A stretch of DNA of 64,000 bases. Source: Myxococcota bacterium (GTDB lineage: Bacteria > Myxococcota_A > UBA796 > CAJQPC01). A model generated the notes under the pieces. That model was not told the origin of the DNA and made no database searches. It saw only the letters and a list, made by a program, of their open reading frames with translations. Each line of letters opens with the position of its first letter. The stretch's first letter is position 1. This document shows, in pieces, positions 1 through 10,100 of the stretch. The DNA lies in the NCBI GenBank assembly GCA_036229005.1, contig JAZAMN010000022.1, forward strand, positions 1 through 64,000. Reading direction: 5' to 3'. Both the position numbers and the translations under genes were made by a program.

Positions 1-109
1 GGTCGAGGAGGGCCTCGCTCGCTTGCGCTCGCTCGGCCCGACTCTCCTGGAGACCTCCATGGTGAGGGTCAGGAGACGTTCCTGGCCCTGGTGGAGGTCA
101 TACAAGGGC

Positions 110-2011
110 TCAGGCCGCCAGGATGCGCACCTGGTTCTGGGCGCAGAGGCGCCGCAGCGGGCGCAGGGTCCGGCCGGTGATGGTCTGGCCGGAGGACGCG
201 AGCAGCCTGCCCTCGGGGTCGCGCAGATCCTCTGCCAAGGTCATCCCCTCCTGGAGGTCAAAGAGGTTGATCACCTTCTCCAGGTCGCTGAGCTCCCGCA
301 CCGCCTCCTCCACCTCCCAGGGATAGCTGGCCGCATCCAGCGCGGCGTCTCGGGCGACATCCAGCGAGAGCCCGCGTCCCAGGCCATCCAGGATCTTCAC
401 GACCAGGTGGAGGGCCTGGTCCGAGTCCCGGCCAGAGGGGTAGGGCTCCTGGCTGAGTCCCAGGGCGGTCCCCAGCCGCGGACCGCTCTTGGCGCGCACC
501 GCCTCGACGAAGCCCGCGGACTCCAGTGGGTTGACCGCCAGCGCGTACTGGACGCCCAGGAGCAGGCAGCCCAGACCGAAGATGTCCTGATCGCGGGTGA
601 GCACCGGGAGCAGGCTGTCGCGCAGGGAGATGGCCTTGGCCAAGAGGGTGTACTGCCCGGGGTTGCTCCCCAGGAGGCTCTCGGCGAAGGCCTCCCAGAC
701 CGCTGCTTCATGGGCGATGCACTCGCGGCTGAGCTGGGATGGCGTCGCGCTCGCACCGCTGAAGCGCTCTGCGGTCTGATGTTGCACGCGCGCCAGCACG
801 GCCTCCCGCGTGGCCTTGGGGAGCTGCCCGACCCGGTCCGCCCAGAGGTCCTCCGGGATCTTGACCCCTTGGGCCTCGACGAAGCTGCGAGACAGGGCCC
901 CAGGGGCCTCAAGCAGGCAGACCGCCGTGTGGATGACGGCCAGGAGCAGGGGGTCTTCCACCTGGACCATCGAGGGGTTGTGGTGACCCAGCGCGCAGTC
1001 GACCACCGAGACCGGCATTCCCCACAGCGACAGCAAGGCGGCGCCGATCTCCTGGTGCGAGGCGAACAGCAGCTCCCGCTCGCACTCCCAGATCGGCGAG
1101 GTGGCCCCCTGGCGCAGGATGCGGGCGTAGGGGCCAGGCAGGCGACTGGCCAGCACCAGGCTGCCCAGGTTGTGCAGCAGCCCTGCGACGTAGACCTCGG
1201 CGGGGCGAGGGTGCAGGTCCAGAGAGACCGCGAGCTGGGCCACCGCCGCCGAGTGCTGCTGGAAGTCGTCCAGTGAGAAGCCGTCCGCGAGGTCCTCCGC
1301 CTCCTGGCGATGGAAGGCGTGGAGCACCGCCGCCATGACAGCGTCAAGCCCGAGCCGCACCACCGCCTCCTGCAGATCCAGGCCACGGCGGGACCGGTGG
1401 CCCACCATTGAGCTCGCCATGCGGATGATCTCCGCGCTGGCCACAGGGTCCTGGTTGAGCAGCGCGCACACGGTGTCGGCCGTGGCGCTCTGGCTGTCCC
1501 GGAGCTTTCGCAGCTCCTCATAGAGCCAAGGCAGGCTGGGCAGCCGCCCCAAGGATCCCACCAGGCGGCGGCCCTCCCGACGCCGAATCAGCTCCCGGAA
1601 GCGGCGACTGGTCTCCAGACAGGAGACGATCTCCTGGACCCCCTCGCTGCGGTCCAAGGTCCGGTGGGCCAGCCCCAGGGCAGAGACCTCCCCCAGCTTG
1701 TCCGCGGGCGCGATCGCCACCCGCATGACCTCTCCATGATCGCTCCGAGCCCGCTCCAGGAGCCTCAGGAGGGGATCACTGCTGCCGTTGACCTCCGCGA
1801 TGATCGCGTCTGGCTGCTGGCGCTGGACGGCCAACAGGGCAGATGGCTCCCCCTCGGCGACGGTGAGGTGCAGACCGCTCTGGCGCAGCCTGAGGATCAG
1901 GGCCCCGAGTCCGGGGGTGCTCTTGGCGAAGACGACTTCCACCCCTGCGCTATCGGCGGTTCGGGCCCGACTCTTGAGGGCTTCGGCAGCACGCTTGATT
2001 GTATGCGCCAC
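110..2011 (-). CDS. HDOD-domain signal transduction protein with degenerate N-terminal receiver-like domain
   Basis: LPSLP...DP(V)ASAEIIRMAS...AVVRLG...AGLLHNLGSLVL...SHQEIGAALLSLWGMP...HHNP is typical HDOD; C-terminal LQEGMTLAEDLRDPEGRLLA resembles HD-regulator tails; start codon uncertain. Confidence 0.8.
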   Translation of the reverse strand: MAHTIKRAAEALKSRARTADSAGVEVVFAKSTPGLGALILRLRQSGLHLTVAEGEPSALLAVQRQQPDAIIAEVNGSSDPLLRLLERARSDHGEVMRVAIAPADKLGEVSALGLAHRTLDRSEGVQEIVSCLETSRRFRELIRRREGRRLVGSLGRLPSLPWLYEELRKLRDSQSATADTVCALLNQDPVASAEIIRMASSMVGHRSRRGLDLQEAVVRLGLDAVMAAVLHAFHRQEAEDLADGFSLDDFQQHSAAVAQLAVSLDLHPRPAEVYVAGLLHNLGSLVLASRLPGPYARILRQGATSPIWECERELLFASHQEIGAALLSLWGMPVSVVDCALGHHNPSMVQVEDPLLLAVIHTAVCLLEAPGALSRSFVEAQGVKIPEDLWADRVGQLPKATREAVLARVQHQTAERFSGASATPSQLSRECIAHEAAVWEAFAESLLGSNPGQYTLLAKAISLRDSLLPVLTRDQDIFGLGCLLLGVQYALAVNPLESAGFVEAVRAKSGPRLGTALGLSQEPYPSGRDSDQALHLVVKILDGLGRGLSLDVARDAALDAASYPWEVEEAVRELSDLEKVINLFDLQEGMTLAEDLRDPEGRLLASSGQTITGRTLRPLRRLCAQNQVRILAA

Positions 2012-2250
2012 TGGTTTGCGGCCAAATCATCCCGCCTCAAATCATAGTATATGCACGTTATATCCTTGGCTTTCCGAACTCGACGCCTCGCGACAGCCGA
2101 CCTGTACAAAACTTGCACAAAGCCTCCCAACCGCCCACATTGACTGTGTCGGAGGGCGCCACCGAGCCCCTCCCAACGGCCCCCAGCGGGGCACCGTGCT
2201 CCCCCTCGATGAGCGAGGGCGCGAGCGCATCCACTCTCTCGAGAGGCTTC

Positions 2251-3711
2251 ATGAAAACCAGTCTGCTTCCCACCCTCACCCTGATCTCCACCCTCAGCCT
2301 GCTCGCCGCCTGCGACAAGGACGTCGAGGAGACCGGAGACACCAGCGCACCCGAGACCTCCAGCAAGAAGACCAGCCTGAGCGGCATGGTGCAGGGGGAC
2401 GCATCGAGCGCAACGGAGGTCCGGACCTTCCTGGTCGACTCCGACGGGTCCATGACGGAAGACAGCTGGGCCGACGTCAACCTGGATGGCAGCTTCACCG
2501 TCGAGGTGAGCGCCGAGAGCGACACCGACCAGGCGCTCGTCCAGGCGATTGACGGAAACGGCGAGATCCTGGGCTCCGTGCTCGTGGAGTCCTACGACCG
2601 CTCCGAGGACGCGACCACGGTCGTGACCCCCATCGACACCGAGTCCATGGTCGAGACCGAGCTCTGGCTCGAGCTCGTGGACCGCAGCGGCGACAGCACC
2701 CAGGTGCTCTACTCCGACATCCGGGGACGCGTCGACGCTGACGTGGCCGCCGCGCTGGACAGCGCCGATGACAGCTCCACCGAGATGGAGGAGTACGCGA
2801 CCGCACTCCACGCAGCCCTGCTCGCCGAGAGCGAGGCGATGGCCGAGCGCGGCCACGACGCCTCCCTGTCGATGATGCAGCAGACCGAGCTGGACGCCAG
2901 CCTGGAGCTGACCGGCAAGCTGCATGAGATCGCGTCCAGCGAGATGGACCCAGCCGAGCGCCTCGCCGCGACCCTCGAGGCCGAGGAGGCCTTCGAGAGC
3001 CAGATCACCGCTGCCTATGAGAGCGCGTGGTCCGGCATGAGCGAGGCCGACAAGAACGAGGACTCCGCCGAGATCCAGGCCATCTCTTCGCTGGCCCTGC
3101 TGACCATGCTGAGCGCGTCGAACGACGGCGGCGCCGAGGACATCGAGGCCTGGGACGCCAGCGCGCTGGTCTACGGCGACCTGCAGGCCTGGCTCGCCTC
3201 CCGCTCCATGGAGTCCCGCGCCATGACCGAGGACTGGGACGCCAGCGCCGAGGCCGCCCTGACGGCCACTCTGGAGGATCTCCAGACGGACACCGAGGAC
3301 GCCTACGCCTCGGGTGATCTGGACGCGATGGCCGAGGCCTGGACCAGCCTGGAGGGCGAGGTGCTCTCCGAGGACGCCGATGACGGCCTGATGGGCGCGC
3401 TCTTTGAGCTCAGCCTGTCCGAGACGCTGGCCTACGAGTCCCACGCCCAGGCGGTCCTGAGCGCCAGCGCCATGATGTACTCCGAGTTCTACAGCGCGGC
3501 TGTGAGCGCCCAGGAGATGGAGTCGACCGCCGCCGCCGAGGCCATGGCCAGCGCCTCTGTAGACGCCTGGAGCGACTACGAGGACAGCGTGTCCGAGTCC
3601 AGCTTGGACCTGACCCAGGCCCTGAGCGTCTCCAGCGAGCTGAATGACGCCGAGTCCCTGTTCGCCACCCTGTCCATCCAGTCCAGCGGCAACTTTGTCC
3701 TGATGCAGTAG
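2251..3711 (+). CDS. Acidic putative lipoprotein, unknown function
   Basis: ATG at 2251 after GAGAGG; signal MKTSLLPTLTLISTLSLLAAC with lipobox; strong GC3 codon bias. Confidence 0.75.
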   Translation: MKTSLLPTLTLISTLSLLAACDKDVEETGDTSAPETSSKKTSLSGMVQGDASSATEVRTFLVDSDGSMTEDSWADVNLDGSFTVEVSAESDTDQALVQAIDGNGEILGSVLVESYDRSEDATTVVTPIDTESMVETELWLELVDRSGDSTQVLYSDIRGRVDADVAAALDSADDSSTEMEEYATALHAALLAESEAMAERGHDASLSMMQQTELDASLELTGKLHEIASSEMDPAERLAATLEAEEAFESQITAAYESAWSGMSEADKNEDSAEIQAISSLALLTMLSASNDGGAEDIEAWDASALVYGDLQAWLASRSMESRAMTEDWDASAEAALTATLEDLQTDTEDAYASGDLDAMAEAWTSLEGEVLSEDADDGLMGALFELSLSETLAYESHAQAVLSASAMMYSEFYSAAVSAQEMESTAAAEAMASASVDAWSDYEDSVSESSLDLTQALSVSSELNDAESLFATLSIQSSGNFVLMQ

Positions 3712-3754
3712 TCCGCCAGCCGGCCCCGGGGCTGCCCCTGCCCCGCTGACCGAC

Positions 3755-3793
3755 GCGCGCCCTCGCTCCCCTCCCCGGGGGGCGGGGGCGTGC
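3755..3793. terminator. GC-rich hairpin between convergent genes
   Basis: GCGCGCCCTCGCTCCC ... GGGGGCGGGGGCGTGC imperfect inverted repeat; no clear U tract. Confidence 0.4.
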
Positions 3794-3805
3794 TGCGTTC
3801 AGGGC

Positions 3806-4239
3806 TCAGAAGGTGTCGCTGTTGTTGAGGAACTGGACCTCGACGCTCGTGGTCGCGGTCCAGACAGCCAGCGCCCCGTCCCCGTCCATGTCGGCCTGGC
3901 CCAGCACGTGGATGCCGTGGCCCACCGTCGTCACGCTGTACTGCCCGCGCACGGCGCCGTTGGGCGCCCAGCCGAGCTGCTGGAACGCGGCGTTGCCCCC
4001 GCCCACGGGACCTGCCTCTTGCCGGGCAGCGCCGCAGGGTGCATCGGGACGGGCAGGTAGTGGTCGTACTGCGCCTCGAAAGCCCCCTCTGCGGCCTTGA
4101 TCGCGTTGACGCTCACAGCGACCTCGGAGCGCTTGGCGCGGTACTGCATCATCGTGAAGTTGGGGATCGCCACGGCGGCCAGGATCCCGATGATCGCGAC
4201 CACGATCATCATCTCCACAAGCGTGAAGCCCGTGCGCAT
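3806..4239 (-). pseudogene. Type IVa pilin with a 1-nt frameshift in a G5 tract (3996-4000)
   Basis: Prepilin MRTG/FTLVEMMIVVAIIGILAAVAIPNF in ORF 3931..4239; pilin-like C-terminus (GNAAFQQLGWAPNGAVRGQY...DMDGDG) continues in another frame; one extra G joins them into 144 aa. Confidence 0.8.
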
Positions 4240-4294
4240 GGATTCTCCCGTCTACCGGCGGGTCAGGCCCCGCCCGTATGGAATTATCCATACA

Positions 4295-4311
4295 CGCTCA
4301 CCGCGTGCCAA
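4295..4311 (-). promoter_or_regulatory. Sigma54 (-24/-12) promoter of the pilin gene
   Basis: Minus strand TTGGCACGCGGTGAGCG: TGGCAC plus GG-N10-GC, about 55 bp upstream of the ATG. Confidence 0.7.
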
Positions 4312-4325
4312 GTTTCAGCCGCCTT

Positions 4326-5159
4326 TCAGGCGGGGACCTCGCGGCCGTGGTTCATGTCCAGGTCCCGGTACTGCTGGTCGGGGGTCCGCAGCCCAGCTTC
4401 GCGGAAGGCCAGCTTGACGCGCTCGGTGACGTCGGATGCAAAGGCCTTCTCGTAGCGGGCGTCGAACACGTAGGCCTTGACCCGGATCACCGTGACGAAG
4501 CGCTCCCCCAGGAACTCGTCGGCCATCAGCGTGGTCAGCGGCTTGTCCAGGAAGACGTAGCGGGAGGTGGCCGTGGCCTCCTCGATCAGCCGGCGCGCGG
4601 CGACGAAGTCTTCGGCGGCCCCCAGGTAGAAGGGGATGACCACCATGCAGTCCAGCGCGCCAGCGTTGGCCGATGCGCTGGCCTCGTTCAGGAACTTGTT
4701 GTTGGGGATGGTGACCAGGTTGTCGTCCAGGGTCACCAGCCGGACGGAGCGGAGGCCGATCTCGGTGATCTCGCCGTAGTACCCACCAAAGGCGACACGG
4801 TCGCCCACCTGGAAGGGCTCGTCCATCAGCAGGATGACCCCGGCCATCAGCGAGGCCAACAGGTCCTTGAAGGCAAAGCCCACGGCCACACCCACGGTGC
4901 CAGCCACCGCCAGCAGTGCCTCGCTCTCGAGCACCAGCACCGAGGATGCGGTGATGACAAAGAGCGCGAGGTAGACCGAGAACCGCAGCAGCGCCGAGAT
5001 CTTCTTGAACAAGAGCCGGCGGCTGCCGAAGCGCTCGCCCAGGTCGTCCAGGAAGCCCAGCGCCAGCCGCATGAGCAGCAGGCCAACGACCAGGATGACC
5101 ACGGCCAGGGGGACGCGGTCGAGGTTGATGAACTGTAGGAGCTGTTGGGTGTCGTCCAC
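4326..5159 (-). CDS. Small-conductance mechanosensitive channel (MscS family)
   Basis: VAVGFAFKDLLASLMAGVILLMDEPFQVGDRV...EIGLRSVRL...IPN. Confidence 0.9.
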   Translation of the reverse strand: MDDTQQLLQFINLDRVPLAVVILVVGLLLMRLALGFLDDLGERFGSRRLLFKKISALLRFSVYLALFVITASSVLVLESEALLAVAGTVGVAVGFAFKDLLASLMAGVILLMDEPFQVGDRVAFGGYYGEITEIGLRSVRLVTLDDNLVTIPNNKFLNEASASANAGALDCMVVIPFYLGAAEDFVAARRLIEEATATSRYVFLDKPLTTLMADEFLGERFVTVIRVKAYVFDARYEKAFASDVTERVKLAFREAGLRTPDQQYRDLDMNHGREVPA

Positions 5160-5168
5160 GGGGGCAGT

Positions 5169-7001
5169 CTATCGCAGCTTGAAGGGGCCGTAGTAGCCAA
5201 CGACCGAGGCCAGGTGGGCGAGCTCGGCGCTGTAGGGCTGGTGCCCGTCCGTCTCGCTGTCGCGGGGGTGCTGGACGCTGGCGATCAGGTAGCCGTAGTC
5301 GCCGATCTCGTACCAGTAGAAGCCGGTGATCTCGGCGTCCCGGGGGGTGCTGAGCACGGGGACCTTGACGCCGGGGACCAGCGCGCCGCTGTCGTCGACG
5401 CTGCGGGTGCCGGGCCACCAGGCCCAGAGCAGGTTGTTGGCGTGCAGGCCGGTGTCCTCGCCGATGAACACGATCCCCTGGGAGCTCAGGGACTGCAGGT
5501 TGTCGGGGTTGGCGATGGCCTGCGCGGGGCAGACCTTGTCCTCTCCTTCCCCAGTCGCCGCCTGTGCGCCGCCCTCCAGCAGGGACATGCTGCCCAGGAC
5601 CTTGGCCCCGGGGATGGGCTCGCCGTCGGCGTCGGAGCCCTTGCCCACGCGCCCGCCGTAGACGCCGCCGCACTCGGAGCGGGGCAGCGCCAGGGTGTCC
5701 TGCTCGATGTCGCCGCTGTAGGCCGGGGGGACGCTGGGGCTGCCGGCGGTCATGGTGCTCTTGGAAGCGCTCAGGGCCATGTAGAGCTCGCCCAGCTCGG
5801 GCAGGTAGGCGATGCCCTCCCCCTTCTCGAGCTCGACGGTGGCGCCGATCAGGGCGGCGACGCGGCGGGTCTCCAGGCGGCCGGCCACCAGCTTCTGCAG
5901 CTCGGCGTCCCCCCCAAAGCGGGTGGGCTCGGCCCAGGCCAGGCACTCGGCGGCGCCCAGGTGGTGGATGAGCTCGCCGCTGGCGCAGAGGCCGTCCTGG
6001 CCGGGATCGCTGGCCACGAACAGGTCGGTGAACACCACGGGCTGCTCGCCCTCGATGTAGGGGCTGAGCTGCTCGTCGCTGGCGTGGCCCATGGGGATCC
6101 AGGAGAGATCGCCACCGGACTTGCCAGCTTCAACCTCCCACTTGGCGGCGTAGAGGCTGCCCACGCTCAGGTCCTGGGCGCTGTCGGCCACGAACAGGAA
6201 GAAGCCCGCGCCGCGGCTCTGATCGTCGCTCAGGTAGACGCTGCGGTCGTCGTCCAGCACCAGGGCGATCTCGTGCGAGAAGCGGCCCATGCTGTAGTGC
6301 TTGACGCCGGTGGCGCTGCCGTCCGCGGCGACGCTCAGCTCGGGGGTCCAACCGTAGCGATAGGGGTGCGTGCCGCCGTGGTCCCGGAAGGCCCGGGGCA
6401 TGTGGTTGTTCCAGTAGCGGTTGCCGCCGATCTCCAGGGTCTCGGGGTCGAACACGCGGGCGTCGGGCTCGTACTCCTCGCTACTCAGGTGGGTGCCCCA
6501 GGAGGTGATCTGCCCCGAGCAGGGGGTGTAGACGCCGCCGAAGGGCTCCAGGGCGGTGACCTGGCTGGTGTCGCCCACGGCGCTGAGCAGGCCCTGGTCG
6601 TCCTGCTCCAGGCGGGTGAGCCCCAGGGCGCCGCGGCTGCACTCAAAGTGGGTGACCAGCCAGAGGGCGTCGGGGTGCTGGATCAGCGCGTTGAAGTCGG
6701 CCTCGTTGCAGAACTCCGTGAAGGGGTCCCGGTTGGCCATCAGGGCGCTGCCGTCGGGGTGGGTCAGCGCGCCAAAGCCCTGCTCACCCACGGCCCGCAG
6801 AGGGTGCCAGCCGGTGTTGGGGGTGGCCCACTCGGCGGCGTCGGGGTGTACCGCGGCGGCAGCGACCTCCAGCTCGGGCAGCGCGCTCAGGTCCAGACCT
6901 TGGAACTGCAGGGCGGCGCGGGCCTTGGGGGCGGGCGCGGGCTCCGGCTCCGGGGTGGGCGCGGGCTTGGGGCAGGCAAGGAAGAGCAGCAGGGAGATCA
7001 T
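5169..7001 (-). CDS. PhoX/DUF839-like alkaline phosphatase, putative lipoprotein
   Basis: CSGQITSWGTHLSSEEYEP, MGRFSHE, YLSDD, KGEG, NPDNL, GEDT, AEITG, VQHP motifs; signal MISLLLFLAC. Confidence 0.8.
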   Translation of the reverse strand: MISLLLFLACPKPAPTPEPEPAPAPKARAALQFQGLDLSALPELEVAAAAVHPDAAEWATPNTGWHPLRAVGEQGFGALTHPDGSALMANRDPFTEFCNEADFNALIQHPDALWLVTHFECSRGALGLTRLEQDDQGLLSAVGDTSQVTALEPFGGVYTPCSGQITSWGTHLSSEEYEPDARVFDPETLEIGGNRYWNNHMPRAFRDHGGTHPYRYGWTPELSVAADGSATGVKHYSMGRFSHEIALVLDDDRSVYLSDDQSRGAGFFLFVADSAQDLSVGSLYAAKWEVEAGKSGGDLSWIPMGHASDEQLSPYIEGEQPVVFTDLFVASDPGQDGLCASGELIHHLGAAECLAWAEPTRFGGDAELQKLVAGRLETRRVAALIGATVELEKGEGIAYLPELGELYMALSASKSTMTAGSPSVPPAYSGDIEQDTLALPRSECGGVYGGRVGKGSDADGEPIPGAKVLGSMSLLEGGAQAATGEGEDKVCPAQAIANPDNLQSLSSQGIVFIGEDTGLHANNLLWAWWPGTRSVDDSGALVPGVKVPVLSTPRDAEITGFYWYEIGDYGYLIASVQHPRDSETDGHQPYSAELAHLASVVGYYGPFKLR

Positions 7002-7102
7002 CGGGACACCTCGGTTCACCTCGCTCTCACTATCTCGCGCAGAGATCTCTGTAGACCCCGGCGCCAGCGAGGTGCGGCGCGGTGTCTCTGGGGTGCGATC
7101 CC

Positions 7103-10100
7103 CTACTCTCGCCAGTCCAAGAGGTTCCGGCGCCACAGGGTGCGCGTGACCTTGGCCTGGGCGCGCAGGGGCACCTGGACCTGGCCGCTGCTGGTCACCA
7201 GTCCGCGTCCCCGGAGCACCTGCAGAGAGCCGCGCACGGCGGCCGGGGGCATGTTGTTGACCATGCCCAGCTCGGCCTCGCTCAGGCTGTTCTGCATGCG
7301 GACGGCGGAGAGCACAAAGAGCTCGGCCTGGCCAAGGTCCTTGGCCAGATCCTCGGCGACGGCGCTGCCCATGCGCACCTGGACGTGGCCGTCGTCCACC
7401 ACGCGGAGGGACTCGACCCAGAGGCGCAGGGCCACCGCGGGGTTGCCCAGGGAGGCCTCGCCCAGCACGCGGAAGAAGGCGACGGTGGCCCGCTCCAGCT
7501 CGCCGTCCTGGTCACCGGAGAGCGCGCCGCCGCGGACCAGCGCCGTGAAGTCGACCTGGTAGCCGGCGGCCTGGGTGCGGGAGACGACCAGCTTGCGGAG
7601 CTGGGACTCGGTCATCTGCGGGACCTCGACCACGTGGTGGAAGAGGTGGACCTTGAGCAGGCGCTCCAGGCGGGAGAGGTAGGCCCAGGCGGGCAGGTGG
7701 AAGCAGACGACCCAGAAGTGCTGGTCGCCCATGCGGCCCACGACCTCGAAGAGGGCGCGCATGCCCTCGAAGCCGCCGACCTTGCGCAGGAAGGCGCGCT
7801 CGCCGGCTTCGATGATGAACACGGTCTTGGGGCGGTCCTTGAGGCGGGCCTCCAGGGTCTCCAGGTCCACGCACTCGCCCAGCTCCAGGGAGTCGGCGAG
7901 CCAGCAGACCAGGTCGCGCTCACTGAGGATGCGCCGCTCGATGGCCATGCGCCGCAGCCCCAGGCCCCGACTGGCGAGTTCCTTGGCGACGCTCTCCAGC
8001 CAGGTCCCGTGCCCGGCGCCGCGGTCCCCGACCAGAGCCATGGTGCCCTGCGCTTCGTCCCGCTCCCAGGCGCCCAGGGCCTTGTAGAAGATCTCGTCCA
8101 GCTCGGGGCGGGGGACGGGCTCGGGGTCGGCGGGCTCCAGGATGGCGGCGCGCAGGGACTCGGGGACCGGACGCAGCTCGGCCTCGGCCTCGGGCTTGTC
8201 CGACATGGAGTAGCGGTAGAACACGTTGAGGGCGCGGCCCAGGGCGCTGCCCTCGGTGGCCTTGGACTGGAGCAGGCCCCAGAGAGCGGCGGAGCCCAGC
8301 AGCAGCAGATCGGCCGTGGCGCGGATCCAGCGGGTCAGGGTGGGCTGGGCGGGCTCGGAGGTGAGGAAGGCGCGGATGCGGTCGTCGCCCCCCTGCCGCC
8401 GCAGCATGGAGCGCAGGGTCGGCTCCCAGGCGTGCAGCAGGACCAGCACGAGCACGATCAGCGCCGCGGTGAAGCCCATCATCGTCAGGCGGTGGAGGGC
8501 GTCTGCCTTGAGCAGGTCCAGGGTCAGGAAGCCGACGAACTGGCGCAGGATCCCCCACCCCGCCAGCAGGCGCAGGGTGCGCTCGCCCAGGGTGAAGCCG
8601 GCCTCGGAGACGTGGGCCAGCGCCGGGCGGTTGGCCGGGTTGCGGGCGACCAGCAGGTGGTAGAGGCGCACCAGGAAGCGCAGCAGCAGGAACTGCCACC
8701 AGCCCAGCATCAGCAGGGCGGCCTCGGGGAAGAAGGCCTCCATGGGGCGCAGCAGAGCGCCGACCACGAGCAGGTCCAGCAGGGCGCGGGAGGCCGAGGC
8801 CAGGGGGAGCTGGAGCCGCTCGGTGGCCTGGCGCTCGACCCGGTGCTGCTCGCGGGCGCGCAGGTCGATGACCCGCTGGGTGATGGTCGGGAGCCGGTCC
8901 CGCAGCCAGCGCCAGATCAGCACAAAGAGGCCAAAGCGCAGCAGCCCCCAGGCCAGCGTGCCCCAGAAGGAGAGGCTGCGGAGGTTCTCCCGCAGGTGCC
9001 CCAGGCGGCTGTCGCTGGTGCTGACCAGGCGCGGGACGACGACCTTGAACTCCAGGCGCAGCTCGTCGACCAGGGCGGCGCGGTCGTTGGCGCGCTCGGC
9101 GGCGCTGATCTCCCCCCGCAGCTCCCGCCGCTCGGCCTTGGCCTGCTCCAGCAGCTCCACGACCTGGGTCTGGTGCTCGAAGGCGCGGGTCTCTTCGAGG
9201 CTGGCGATGGTCTCCATGGCCTGGAGGACCTCGTCCCAGGTCTTGAGCCGCTCGGTGACCTTGGCGCGCTCGGGCCCCTCGGCCATCTCCTGCACGCGCT
9301 CGCGATCCAGCTCGAGCTGAGCCCGGCTGCCCTCGACCTGACGCCGGATGGCGGCCGCGATCTCCTGGCGGTCGGTGACGGAGTCCGCCGCGGAGATTGC
9401 GGCCCTGCGCAGCAGCCCGACCTGGCCCCGGAGCTCGGCGTAGGCCTGGTCGATGGCCTCCTGGCGGTCCCCGGCCAGCGCGCTCTTGGCGCGGGCCTGG
9501 ACCACGTCGCTCTTGGCCTCGGTCAGGTCGGTGCGCAGGCCGCTGAGCAGCTCGGCGGCGGCATCACTGTGCTCCTCCAGCTTGTCGTTGTCGCTGGTGG
9601 CGCGGTCGTGATCGTCCGCGACCGAGGTGAGCACCTGAGCCACCCAGCGCGCCTGCTGGTCGGTGGCAGCGGAGCGGGCCTCGTCGGCCTCCCGGCGCGC
9701 CTGGTTGTCGGCGTCCAGGGCCTTGAGGGTCTCAGCGTCCTGGGCCTGCTGGGCCTCGGCGGCCTCCAGCGAGCGCTGGTAGGCGTCCTGCAGCCGGGCG
9801 AGCTCCAGGCTGTCCAGGGCGGCCCAGGCCTGGGAGACGGGTTCCTCGGTGCGCTGCGCCAGCCTGTCCTCGACGGCGCCGATCTGTGCCTCCAGGTCGG
9901 CGGGGGCCGCGATGTCCAGCGGTGGGGACGCCTGCATCGAAGCGCGCTGATCCTCGATCCACCCCAGCAGAGGCTCCTGCACCGACCCATCCGAGAGGGG
10001 CAGCAGCAGGCTGAGGCGCTGGGCGGCGAAGGGGGCGCGGACGGGGTCCTGGAGGGCGGAGGCGTCCAGCTCCAGCGAAGCGCCGGGGAGCACCGCCAGG

